Source: Nemertoderma westbladi (Eukaryota; Animalia; Xenacoelomorpha). Taken from it: DNA of 64,000 bases. Below the pieces are notes generated by a model. It ran no database searches, was not told where the DNA came from, and saw nothing but the letters and a program-made list of their open reading frames with translations. The position numbers and the translations under genes were made by a program. Shown here piece after piece: positions 27,520-39,684 of this stretch; positions within the stretch are counted from its first letter, which is position 1; each line of letters begins with the position of its first letter. The DNA is taken from positions 11,756 to 75,755 of the forward strand of contig JAUCBJ010009036.1 in the NCBI GenBank assembly GCA_032718475.1, in the 5' to 3' direction.

Positions 27520-30500
27520 ACCCCGCAATGTACCTAATGTTAATGTTGTTGCGTCACCCGGCAATGTACCTAATGTTAATGTACCCAATGTTGTTGCGAC
27601 ACCCGGCATTGTACCTAATGTTAATGTACCCTGTGTTAATGTTGTTGCGACACCCGGCACTGTACCTACTGTTAATGTACCCAATGTTGTTGCGACACCT
27701 GGCACTGTACCTAATGTGAATGTACCAAATGTTAATGTTGTTGCGACACCCGGCACTGTACCTAATGTTAATGTACCCAATGTTGTTACGACACCCGGCA
27801 CTGTACCTACTTTTAATGTACCCAATGTTGTTGCGACACCCGGCACTGTACCTAATGTGAATGTACCAAATGCTATTGTTGTTGCGACACCAGGCACTGT
27901 ACCTAATGTGAATGTACCAAATGCTATTGTTGTTACGACACGCGGCAATGTACCTAATGTTAATGTACCCAATGTTGTTGCGACACCCAGCACTGTACCT
28001 AATGTTAATGTACCCAATGTTAATGTTGTTACGACACGCGGCAATGTACCTAATGTTAATGTACCCAATGTTGTTGCGACACCCGGCACTGTACCTAATG
28101 TTAATGTACCCAATGTTGTTGCGACATCCGGCACTGTACCTAATGTTAATGTACCCAATGTTAATGTTGTTGCGACACGCGGCAATGTACCTAATGTTAA
28201 TGTACCCTGTGCTAATGCTGTTGCGACACCCTGCACTGTACCTAATGTTAATGTACCCTGTGTTAATGTTGTTGCGACACCCGGCACTGTACCGAATGTT
28301 AATGTACCCTGTGTTAATGTTGTTGCGACACCCGGCACTGTACCTAATGTAAATGTACCCAATGTTGTTGCGACACCCGGCATTGTACCTAATGTTAATG
28401 TACCCTGTGTTAATGTTGTTGCGACATCCGGCATTGTACCTAATGTTAATGTACCCTGTGTTAATGTTGTTGCGACATCCGGCACTGTACCCAATGTTAA
28501 TATACCCAATGTTATTGCGACACCCGGCACTGTACCTAACGTGAATGTACCAAATGCTATTGTTGTTGCGACACCCGGCACTGTACCTAATGTTAATGTA
28601 CCAAATGCTGTTGCGACACCCGGCACTGTACCTACTGTTAATGTACCCAATGTTGTTGCGACACCCGGCACTGTACCTAATGTTAATGTACCCAATGTTG
28701 TTGCGACACCCGGCACTGTACCTAATGTTAATGTACCCAATGTTGTTGTGTCACCCGGCACTGTACCTAATGTTAATGTACCCAATGTTGTTCCGACACC
28801 CGGCATTGTACCTAATGTTAATGTACCCAATGTTGTTAAGACACCCGGCATTGTACCTAATGTTAATGTACCCTGTGTTAATGTTGTTGCGACACCCGGC
28901 ATTGTACCTAATGTTAATGTACCCTGTGTTAATGTTGTTGCGACACCCGGCACTGTACCTACTGTTAAGGTGCCCAATGTTGTTGCGACACCCGGCAATG
29001 TACCTAATGTTAATGTACCCGATATTGTTGCGACACCCGGCACTGTACCTAATGTTAATGTACCCAATGTTGTTGCGACACCTGGCACTGTACCTAATGT
29101 GAATGTACCAAATGCTATTGTTGTTGCGACACCCGACACTGTACCTAATGTTAATGTCGTTGCGACACGCGGCAATGTACCTACTGTTAATGTACCCTGT
29201 GTTAATGTTGTTGCGACACCCGACACTGTACCTAATGTTAATGTTGTTGCGACACGCGGCAATGTACCTAATGTTAATGTACCCAATGTTATTGTTGTTG
29301 CGACACTCGGCACTGTGCCTAATGTTAATGTACCCAATGTTGTTGCGACACCCGGCACTGTACCTAATGTGAATGTACCAAATGCTATTGTTGTTGCTAC
29401 ACCCGGCATTGTAGCTAATGTTAATGTACCCTGTGATAATGCTGTTGCGACACCCTGCACTGTACCTAATGTTAATGTACCCTGTGTTAATGTTGTTGCG
29501 ACACCCGGCACTGTACCGAATGTTAATGTACCCTGTGTTAATGTTGTTGCGACACCCGGCACTGTACCTAATGTAAATGTACCCAATGTTGTTGCGACAC
29601 CCGGCATTGTACCTAATGTTAATGTACCCTGTGTTAATGTTGTTGCGACACCCGGCACTGTACCTAATGTTAATGTTGTTGCGACACGCGGCAATGTACC
29701 TAATGTTAATGTACCCAATGTTATTGTTGTTGCGACACTCGGCACTGTACCTAATGTTAATGTACCCAATGTTGTTGCGACACCCGGCACTGTACCTAAT
29801 GTGAATGTACCAAATGCTATTGTTGTTGCGACACCCGGCATTGTAGCTAATGTTAATGTACCCTGTGATAATGTTGATGCGACACCCGGCACTGTACCTA
29901 CTGTTAATGTACCCAATGTTGTTGCGACACTCGGCACTGTACCTAATGTTAATGTACCCAATGTTGTTGCGACACCCGGCACTGTACCTAATGTGAATGT
30001 ACCAAATGCTATTGTTGTTGCGACACCCGGCATTGTACCTAATGTTAATATACCCTGTGCTAATGTTGATGCGACACCCGGCACTGTACCTACTGTTAAT
30101 GTACCCAATGTTGTTGCGACACCCGGCAATGTACCTAATGTTAATGCACCCAATGTTGTTGCGACACCCGGCACTGTTCCTACTGTTAATGTACCCTGAG
30201 TTAATGTTGATGCGACACCCGGCACTGTACCTACTGTTAATGTACCCAATGTTGTGGCGACACCCGGCACTGTACCTAACGTGAATGTACCAAATGCTAC
30301 TGTTGTTGCGACACCCGGCACTGTACCTAATGTTAATGTACCCTGTGTTAATGTTGTTGCGACACCCGGCACTGTACCTAATGTTAATGTACCAAATGCT
30401 GTTGCGACACCCGGCACTGTACCTAATGTTAATGTACCAAATATTAATGTTGTTGCGACACCCGGCACTGTACCTAATGTTAATGTACCCAATGTTGCTG

Positions 30501-31820
30501 CGACACCCGGCATTGTACCTAATGTTAATGTACCCAATGTTGTCGCGACACCCGGAAAAGTACCTAATGTTAATGCTAAAGTAATTACTCATATCAACAT
30601 GTTACCTGGCAACTCACTTCACCTTTGCATTATGAACCCCAGGTCAGCCCGAAACAAAAGCGCCGAGATTGTGGAATTCATTTCCAACAATAATATTGAC
30701 ATATGCGCGCTAACAGAAACCTGGTTCAGCGCTAACGATACAGTGGCAAAGAACCTTTGCGCTCCAAAGGGATACACTATCGATGACACCCGGCATTGTA
30801 GCTAATGTTAATGTACCCTGTGATAATGCTGTTGCGACACCCTGCACTGTACCTAATGTTAATGTACCCTGTGTTAATGTTGTTGCGACACCCGGCACTG
30901 TACCGAATGTTAATGTACCCTGTGTTAATGTTGTTGCGACACCCGGCACTGTACCTAATGTAAATGTACCCAATGTTGTTGCGACACCCGGCATTGCACC
31001 TAATGTTAATGTACCCTGTGTTAATGTTGTTGCGACACCCGGCACTGTACCTAATGTTAATGTTGTTGCGACACGCGGCAATGTACCTAATGTTAATGTA
31101 CCCAATGTTATTGTTGTTGCGACACTCGGCACTGTACCTAATGTTAATGTACCCAATGTTGTTGCGACACCCGGCACTGTACCTAATGTGAATGTACCAA
31201 ATGCTATTGTTGTTGCGACACCCGGCATTGTAGCTAATGTTAATGTACCCTGTGATAATGTTGATGCGACACCCGGCACTGTACCTACTGTTAATGTACC
31301 CAATGTTGTTGCGACACTCGGCACTGTACCTAATGTTAATGTACCCAATGTTGTTGCGACACCCGGCACTGTACCTAATGTGAATGTACCAAATGCTATT
31401 GTTGTTGCGACACCCGGCATTGTACCTAATGTTAATGTACCCTGTGCTAATGTTGATGCGACACCCGGCACTGTACCTACTGTTAATGTACCCAATGTTG
31501 TTGCGACACCCGGCAATGTACCTAATGTTAATGTACCCAATGTTGTTGCGACACCCGGCACTGTTCCTACTGTTAATGTACCCTGAGTTAATGTTGATGC
31601 GACACCCGGCACTGTACCTACTGTTAATGTACCCAATGTTGTGGCGACACCCGGCACTGTACCTAACGTGAATGTACCAAATGCTACTGTTGTTGCGACA
31701 CCCGGCACTGTACCTAATGTTAATGTACCCTGTGTTAATGTTGTTGCGACACCCGGCACTGTACCTAATGTTAATGTACCAAATGCTGTTGCGACACCCG
31801 GCACTGTACCTAATGTTAAT
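27520..31820 (+). repeat. Tandem array of 36/45/54-bp units encoding VVATPGTVPNVNVP(N/C), upstream of and in frame with the L2 endonuclease
   Basis: 925-aa ORF 27422-30199; the array reads into ..NAKVITQINMLPGNSLHLCIMNPRS. Confidence 0.95.
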
Positions 31821-31845
31821 GCTAAAGTAATTACTCAAATCAACA

Positions 31846-34746
31846 TGTTACCTGGCAACTCACTTCACCTTTGCATTATGAACCCCAGGTCAGCCCGAAA
31901 CAAAAGCGCCGAGATTGTGGAATTCATTTCCAACAATAATATTGACATATGCGCGCTAACAGAAACCTGGTTCAGCGCTAACGATACAGTGGCAAAGAAC
32001 CTTTGCGCTCCAAAGGGATACACTATCGATGACTCACCACGGCTTAACCGCCCTGGTGGAGGCACCGGTGTAATTCTAAAAGACTCATTACACTACACAC
32101 TGCACAGCACTAACGAAAATAGCTCATTCGAATACTCAGTATGGTCAATTAAATCTTCTAACACCAAACTATGTTTGGTCGTTATCTACCGCCCACCATA
32201 TAGTACAGCTCATCCCATTACATGCTTAACGTTTTTTGACGAATTCCCGAAATTCATCGAACCATGGCTTTGCTGTGAGGAGCGACTAATTGTGGTAGGT
32301 GACTTTAATATACATGTTGACATAGAAGATAATTACAATGCATCTAAGTTTTTGGACATTCTTGACAGTATAGGCTTACAACAACACGTTTCCATCCCAA
32401 CCCACGAATCCGGACACACACTTGACCTAATAATGACTAGAAATTGCGGCGATTAGACTGTAAGTCCACCGACCGGATCGTATTACGTTTCCGATCACTG
32501 TGTGGTGCAATGCCTCATTTCTATACCGAAGCCCCAATCTATTCCTAAAACTATTCAATTTCGAAATATAGGGTCAGTAGTAGTTGACGATTTGAACAGG
32601 GATATATGCAACTCAGATCTCTGTAAACCATCATTTACCGCTCTCAACATTGATGAACAGGCATTAACCTACAATAAAACGCTTTCTGCATTGATTGACA
32701 AACACGCCCCAATAAAGACCAAATCAATTACTGAACGCTCTGGTCCAAAATGGTTCACCGGGAACGCTAGGAAACTGAAGTCCCAACGCCGGACTGCTGA
32801 ACGGCGTTGGCGGCAATCGAAATCACCGACTGATATGGCGGAATTCAAACGAATTAGGAAACTTTTACCGGGGCGAGATTGATGCATGTAATGGTGATCA
32901 GAAGGCGCTGTTCAGCCTGGTTAGGTCGCTTGCAAAGCAACATAAAAATATTACTTATCCCGCCCACAGCTCTCCTACCGAACTAGCCAACATGTTCGCT
33001 GACCACTTTGCTACAAAGATACAAATTATCAGAGATAATCTAGACGAAATGAATTCGACTGGATCTGGAATACGCGATCCCCTTTGCAGCTTTGAACCAG
33101 ACGGTACATTAAGCATTACCGAACCAGACAACTCTGTGGCCAGCGCGTCACTCTCATCCTTTAAAGTACTGTCCACACCTAGCATTATAAAACTAATAAA
33201 ATCTGCCCCAAATAAACAATGCCCTCTAGACCCATTACCTACAAGTACGCTAAAACATTGCATTTCAAGTCTTTGCACACCCATAACAATTATGACTAAT
33301 AACTCTCTGCAGAGTGGTACAGTCCCAGATATTTGGAAAACAGCGCAGGTCTCCCCATTACTAAAAAAAGTTAGTCTTGACTCGACTCTGAAGTTTAACT
33401 TCCGACCTGTTAGCGGTTTGCCCTTCGTGTCAAAAATTGCAGAAAGAGCGGTGGTGTCGCAATTTCTCCCCTATATAAACGAACATCATCCCTTGCCAAC
33501 CAACGAATCTGGATATCGAAAATTTCATAGCACAGAAACAGCACTGATTAAAGTCCAATCAGATATTCTTATAAACATGGATAAGAAAAAAGTGACATTT
33601 CTAGTATTTCTAGATCTCAGCTCCGCCTTCGACACCGTTGTTGACCACGATCGCCTTCTGCGTGTGTTCGAATCTGACCTGGGAATTTGCGGCACATGTC
33701 TACGGTGGTTCTCATCCTTCCTCCGGGGGCGCCGCCAACACGTAACAACTCTCGGTTCCAATTCCAGAGAACACGTATTGGAATACGGCTTCCCCCAGGG
33801 TGCATGCTTATCCTGTCACTATTTCAGTAATTTCGGGCGGGGTCTATTTACTATCATTGAGAACCACTTGCCAATTGCCTTACATGGATATGCTGATGAC
33901 AAACAAACATACCATGCGTTTCAGCCATCAAGTGAATCCAACGAAACAGATGCATTACAAGCCCTCCAGAGATGTATTGCAGATATACGTAGGTGGTTTA
34001 TTGTAAACAAACTTAAAATAAACGATGATAAAACCGAGTTTATAATACTGGGAACACCTCAACAACTCTCTAAAGTATCTACACAATACCTAAACGTTGG
34101 TAACTTTAAAATACGCCCTGCAAAATTTGTAAAGAACCTCGGCACATGGTTCGATCCAAATCTCACCATGGGAAAATTCATATCCAAAACTTGTAATGCC
34201 GCGTTCTTCCACATCCATAACATTCGCCGTATCATCAACTTTCTTGACCAAAAGTCCGCTAAAACAGTTATACATTCACTTATTTCAAGTCGGATTGACT
34301 ACTGTAACGGCCTCCTCTATGGGGTGTCTAGCTACCAACTAGCAAAATTGCAACGTGTGCAAAACTCGGCCGCCCGCCTACTAACTAGGGTTCACAAGTA
34401 TGACCACATTACGCCGAGTCTCAAAGAATTACATTGGCTACCAGTGCGTAAACGCATTGAGTTTAAATTGCTTCTCCTTGTCCACAAGTCCACCTTAGGT
34501 CACGCACCACAGCACATATCTGACATGCTTGTCCGGGTCAATCGCAATAACAACACTACAAGGAATTGCTCTACACTCACTTTCGTTGAGCCGCGATTCA
34601 ACTGTCAAACCCTAGGGCGCCGGGCATTCCCAGTAGCCGCCCCACGACTCTGGAATAAACTCCCAAAAGATATCCGCTCGATTTCCGACACCACAATTTT
34701 TAAACAGCGACTCAAAACACATCTTTTTGAAATTGCATATAATTAA
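31846..34746 (+). pseudogene. L2 ORF2 (APE endonuclease-RT), disrupted
   Basis: In-frame TAG at 32454-32456, frame break near 32880, then a 584-aa RT/C-terminal ORF. Confidence 0.9.
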
Positions 34747-35317
34747 ACTCCAAAACATGAACTCTCTAATTATTTTATCTAGATATTCAATCAACTCTCC
34801 AAAAACTGTAAACTTCTTTTAATTTGTTCTTCATGCGTTTTTTAGTGTTTCTGTTCATTTTATTACCCCATCGCTCGTTTTTATTGTTTCAGTACGTCCG
34901 TCAACTACACTTTTTAACTATGCTAATTAATTTTTTTATTACATATTTTTTACTGTACGTTTCATTTACGGCGAGTATATATATCAATTTGTACTGTATG
35001 TTCCACTTTTTAACGATTGTAATAACTTTTAGTCATTTCGAACTGCACGTTTTATCGTTAGTGACGACTATAATTTTTTAATTTCTGTACTACTGTACTT
35101 GCACTGCTAGTTTTAATGTTATATTGCTTGTGACGTAAGCGCCTTAGCATACTTCTATTGTTGTAAATTCGGCGCTATACAAATGCATCATTATTATATT
35201 ATTATAAATCACTCATGATGTACTTTTTTTGACTTTTTATGTCCTCCAGAAATTTACCGTTAGGTTCCATGCTACCGGGTTCTCTACTGTTTGTTCTCTC
35301 AGGCTATCAGTACCGGT

Positions 35318-36918
35318 TGTTGCCGTTATCCCAACACCAGGGGGGAAAAACGCCGATGCTGGAGACGTGACTTTACAGACCACTGAGCCCCGGCCAGTCA
35401 CCGGATATTGATTTTGGAGAAGGAATGATTTCTGAGATGCAGGGTTGCGGTTGAGAAAAAGCTGCATTAGTTGGATATACTCTTTAATGTAACTGAACTC
35501 TGTTGAACCTTGTTGAACCCTGATTAAGAATAATTTTGGGCTTCCCCAAATCAATATACACCAAATATTCACAATAATTATACACGATAATATAAATCCC
35601 TACAGTATATTATTTAATTACCCACTGTTCGCTCAGATTTTAGCCTACCTAATGTTCCCCAGATTTTCCCTCGGTCCTAGTCTTAGTGCTGTAGTGTCGG
35701 TGTCGGTCGACCCTGTCGCGTGTCCGTTCCACCCCTCACGAACCCCGAAGGGAACGATCATCGAGAACCAGCACGGCTTGGCTAAGGGTCGGTCCAGTCG
35801 GTAGACTCTGTCGCGTATCCGTACCACCCCTCTCGAACCCCGAAGGGTTCGGTCATCGAGAACCAGTACGGCTTGGCTAGGAGTCTGTCGTGTCGGTGGA
35901 CCCGTTCGCGTGTCCGTTCCACCCCTCACGAACCCCGAAGGGTTCGATCATCGAGAACCAGAACGGCTTGGCTAGGGGTCCGTCGTTTCATCACAGAAAC
36001 CCAACCACCTAGGCTTTCCGAGTCCCTTTCAGGCTCGTAGTCGCTTCGGCAGCCGAGAAACTGCTCCGAACAGTCGGTAGGCCAGTAGAGTCTAGTCGAG
36101 TCTAGTCCTTTGTCTTTCGACCCCATCGCGTGTCCGTTCCACCCCTCACGAACCCCGAAGGGAACGATCATCGAGAACCAGTACGGCTTGGCTAAGGGGT
36201 CTGTCGTCGGTTCCCGTCGCAAATCCCAGTACAAGCAGTCAGCGTTCCGAGTTCTTTTCAGTCTCGTAGTAGCTGCCGTTGACCAGAGACCGCTAAGGGC
36301 AGTTCTCGTCAAACCCGTCCTGTGGCCAGCCCTTTCGCATGTCCGTCCCACCCCTCGCGAACCCCGAAGGGATCGGTCATCGAGAACCAGTACGGCTTAG
36401 CTCAGGGGGCAGTCGTTAGTTGGCCACCCGTTCGCGTGTCCGCTCCACCCCTCATGAACCCCGAAGGGAACGATCATCGAGAACCAGAACGGCTTGGCTA
36501 CTAAGGGGCCGTCGTTTCCCGTCGCAAATCCCTGACACAAGCAGTCAGCGGTCCGAGTTCTTTTCAGTCTCGTAATGGCTGCTGTTGGCCAGGGACCGCT
36601 AAGGGCAGTCCTTGTCCTTTAGGCCTGGCGCATTACCAAATCCACCCCTACAGGCAGCAGGAAGTTGGCCAGGGCCTAATAGTACTCAGGCTAACCTGAA
36701 TACTGCTTGCATTTTCCATCCCCCCCTGGCCCTTATAACTATGAAATTATTCCCGTACCCTGTAAGTTGCCCCAAAGTTCGCCCATAAATCGCCCCCAGT
36801 TTATTGAATGTGCCCAAAACCCATGGTCCCGCACCCAGTAGTAATATCGGAATAATCAATTTTAAATAAATACAAAAATATTCAACTCGCGTTATGGAAA
36901 GTTGAAATACCGCGAACA
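35318..36918 (-). repeat. 3' LTR
   Basis: Differs from 46697-48297 by about a dozen substitutions seen by eye. Confidence 0.97.
35706..36510 (-). ncRNA. Predicted structured-RNA array in LTR U3: six kink-turn/UUCG hairpins (also at 47085-47889)
   Basis: Covarying basal stems, invariant GAU-GA/GA motif, C(UUCG)G loops; paired by hand. Confidence 0.7.
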
Positions 36919-36928
36919 GTCCCCCCCA
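36919..36928 (-). other. Polypurine tract
   Basis: Minus strand ..GGGGGGGAC immediately precedes the TGT start of the 3' LTR. Confidence 0.8.
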
Positions 36929-37083
36929 ATGACCTTCGTGAAGTCTGTCGGTCGATTGAGTTTGCGTAGGTCATTCCCAATATAAAAAACCCAAATTTAA
37001 TATTGCATAGTTTTTAATTAATTTGGCCTAGAGTTTGTATAAAAATAAATGTTCGATAAATGTTCCTGGAATATCCCGATCCA

Positions 37084-39684
37084 CTATTTCTTTCTCTGAT
37101 ACGCCTTTCGTCTCTTCGCCCGTCGACTCTCATCGATCGCTATGGCTGGTAGAGGAGCGTCAACATCCATTGTGAGTAACGCTTCGGCTTGTCTCCTGGC
37201 GGCTCTTCCTTTCGAAGGCATAGGGATCATGTCAGTTCGTCTTTCCAACTCAGACTTGCGTGCCTCTAGGAACCATTCTCCGTCACCGAACTCCTCTTTA
37301 TACGAGTATAATCGTCTAATGACTTCAAATGGACCGAATAATCCGGCGCTCAGTAGCAGATCCACGTAATGGAAAGGTAGCGTGGCCGACGTGTGGAGGC
37401 GTTCCGGGAAGGAGAAATATCCGCACGCCATCTCCTGCGCGATATTCCGAGCGTTTCTCCGAACCTTGGTCTTTAAGTGGCTGTTTGCATATGTTTCAAA
37501 CATGACCATATTTCCCATAGCGGTAACGTCTTTGGTTGGACATTTGATATAGCAGCGGGGGCTAGAGGAATGTCCACGGAAACTGCACGTGGTGCAGAGG
37601 TTATAAAGGATCGGGCAGACGGAAACGTCGTGGCCCGATGTCGCGCAGTATGGGCAATAGAGTATCCCGAGGAGCTGGAGGCATGAATCGGTAACCCGAT
37701 TCCTTCTGCCGCGTGGGCACTGCTCCGAACCACAGTCGCCGCATACCTCCAACTGCATCTCTCGACCAGGAAATATCGGAATCGGGACGCCGACGTGATA
37801 CTCGAGTCGTCGGTCGCTCTTCGGAATATTCTCGGTGGTCGGTAGCCCGCGGAATGCTAGGCTTTTGCGTAGTAGGTTCTCGCTCCGATAACCTTCTTTG
37901 TGTCCCGCTGGTCTTAACTCGGATGACCGTTTCTGGCGGTGGATCCATTCAGTTTGCTCGGCGTACCAACGGGTTAGTCGCATAGGGTCCTGAGGAACGG
38001 CGGGTGTAGTAGCCACCGCTGGTCGGCGAAGAGGTGCCGGGGTTTTAGACGGAGGGATACCGAGGAGATCGTCGGGGGTCGGCGCATCGCTGGGGCCCTC
38101 CTCGATCAGTATCGCTGCGCGGGTCCGTTGGTGGCTGGTACTCGGAATCTCCGACGACCAATCTTCGCCACCCGGGAAAGGATACGGGGATAGCCGTTGG
38201 CATATGTCGCCGAAGTCGCTCAATGCAGCTGTAGTGGCTACCTCCCTCGCGGGGCTACCGGAGCCGCGTGGGGTGTAAACGCCTGCTCTCTTCATCGGTT
38301 CGGCCGAGGCAACCCGTTTGGCGGCCGGTCCATATGCGGCCTCCGGCTCGAGTTGTCGCTTCGGGGTGGAGAGTAGAACACCCTCGTTTAGCCATATCTC
38401 TTCCCCTTCCGAAAAGATCAGAGGCTCCTCCGCACCGAGAAGTTCGGTAATCGTAGGGATGTCGTAAGGTCCGCTCTCGTCCCAGGAATCGATAACGGTG
38501 AGCGTTTTAGTCTCTCCTGGTGCGATGTTCTCGACCGCTTTGAACGCGTGGTGTATGACTTCGTTCCAGTCGTAGTCGACGAAGGAAAGGGGGACCGCCG
38601 TAATAAGGTTATCGAGAGTTTTACAGATAAACTTAGCGACGGTGTAGCATTCCATAACGACGTAAACATAGTTCCGTCGATCGGGATTCTCCCACCTTTG
38701 GTGTATCGTCCACTTCCGATCAACGTCCTTCCATCGACCCTCTTGCTCGCTCTTTATTTCCAATCCCGGGTATCCACCATATATTTTATTATAGTCCCGG
38801 AATTTCTGGGGTTTGAAGTCGATACCGCCGTTTAGCACAGCGAGGTAGCCGATCCCGGATTTCGTCGGTCTCACCTCTTGGAATCCTCGCATGAACTCGG
38901 CGAATCGTAACCAGGCTAGTAGCGTTTGAGTGTCGATGCAATGACTAAGGGCGTTGAGGTCGTCTCGTCGGTTTCTTCCTGCAGGAGCGTTCGCGTAGTC
39001 GTTCCGGACGTCCGCCTTGATATCCGACCCGATTTTAATGACGTCGAAGTCGAAGAGGATCTTTTGGATTTCCGGAGGCAGCAACCAGATCGCTCCGGCT
39101 GCCTGCACTTCCTGTCTGGGTGTCGGGAATATTCGGCACACCAGTACCAAACCGTCCAGGGTTCCGAGGACGACGACTAGGGATCGACCGTATTCTTTCA
39201 CCCCGTACTTTTCCTGGTAGTCGTCTCGGTTCTGGATAATCGATACGCGTTCCTCTCGAAGCGTCGCCGTACACTCCGACAGGTTTCCCCAGTGGGCGAG
39301 GTACGTACTCTTGTCGTCGACGAAACTTTGACATCTCGCCAACGTAATCGCTTTCGAGGTAGGCGTCGCGTTTCCCTCGTTGTCGTAGATCAAACATCGG
39401 GATCTGTAGACGCTCTGCCAGAACGTTTCCCAAAACGACGAATCGTCCCCTCCGGTTGCCTTTGCGTTCCGAGTTCTTTTCAGTCTCGTACTAGCATCGG
39501 CTAACCGGAGGGCTCGTAGATTCTTAGAATCCAGTCCCTCTCGCCCGGTGAATTTAATGACTCGCACGTTCTCATTTAGCAGGGTGCTCCAATTTGTATC
39601 AAAGTCAGGGGATCCAGGTTGCGAATATTCCAGTAGATCTATCGTGTTACGTAATTCGCCGATAATTTGGCGATTTGGGTCCAT
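37084..39684 (-). CDS. Accessory ORF3, 866 aa: DEDDy-like 3'-5' exonuclease domain, low-complexity linker, CCHC zinc knuckles
   Basis: ExoI-like LIYDNE; WRN/EXD-like LPPEIQKILFDFDVIKIGSDIKAD; CIDTQ; ExoIII-like YVVMEC; CPYCATSGHDVSVC (CX2CX4HX4C) and CTTCSFRGHSSSPRC. Confidence 0.8.
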   Translation of the reverse strand: MDPNRQIIGELRNTIDLLEYSQPGSPDFDTNWSTLLNENVRVIKFTGREGLDSKNLRALRLADASTRLKRTRNAKATGGDDSSFWETFWQSVYRSRCLIYDNEGNATPTSKAITLARCQSFVDDKSTYLAHWGNLSECTATLREERVSIIQNRDDYQEKYGVKEYGRSLVVVLGTLDGLVLVCRIFPTPRQEVQAAGAIWLLPPEIQKILFDFDVIKIGSDIKADVRNDYANAPAGRNRRDDLNALSHCIDTQTLLAWLRFAEFMRGFQEVRPTKSGIGYLAVLNGGIDFKPQKFRDYNKIYGGYPGLEIKSEQEGRWKDVDRKWTIHQRWENPDRRNYVYVVMECYTVAKFICKTLDNLITAVPLSFVDYDWNEVIHHAFKAVENIAPGETKTLTVIDSWDESGPYDIPTITELLGAEEPLIFSEGEEIWLNEGVLLSTPKRQLEPEAAYGPAAKRVASAEPMKRAGVYTPRGSGSPAREVATTAALSDFGDICQRLSPYPFPGGEDWSSEIPSTSHQRTRAAILIEEGPSDAPTPDDLLGIPPSKTPAPLRRPAVATTPAVPQDPMRLTRWYAEQTEWIHRQKRSSELRPAGHKEGYRSENLLRKSLAFRGLPTTENIPKSDRRLEYHVGVPIPIFPGREMQLEVCGDCGSEQCPRGRRNRVTDSCLQLLGILYCPYCATSGHDVSVCPILYNLCTTCSFRGHSSSPRCYIKCPTKDVTAMGNMVMFETYANSHLKTKVRRNARNIAQEMACGYFSFPERLHTSATLPFHYVDLLLSAGLFGPFEVIRRLYSYKEEFGDGEWFLEARKSELERRTDMIPMPSKGRAARRQAEALLTMDVDAPLPAIAIDESRRAKRRKAYQRKK

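Larger units (their letters stand above)
27130..35205 (+). mobile_element. L2/Crack-group LINE (defective); 5' limit approximate
   Basis: APE motifs (ALTETW, GGGTG, VIYRPP, GDFNIH, TLDL, SDH); RT (PQG, YADD); SRIDYCN and HITPSLKELHWLPV; 3' gtaagcgcc..ggcgctatacaaat stem with an ATT-rich tail. Confidence 0.92.

Noticed and set aside
27505-31838. Long antisense ORFs (1010, 613, 364 and 353 aa)
   Set aside because: Mirror frames of a stop-poor tandem array; no independent gene evidence.
35706-36510. Repeat-spacer layout resembling a CRISPR array
   Set aside because: Eukaryotic LTR context, ~85-nt units, irregular spacers that partly form closing stems, and no cas genes.
35706-36510. SECIS elements (AUGA..GA core)
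   Set aside because: The upper helix is only 7 bp with a UUCG loop and no apical AAR; the single gag TGA is best explained as CGA-to-TGA decay.
37084-39684. env gene
   Set aside because: No evident signal peptide or transmembrane anchor; nuclease-like and knuckle motifs instead.
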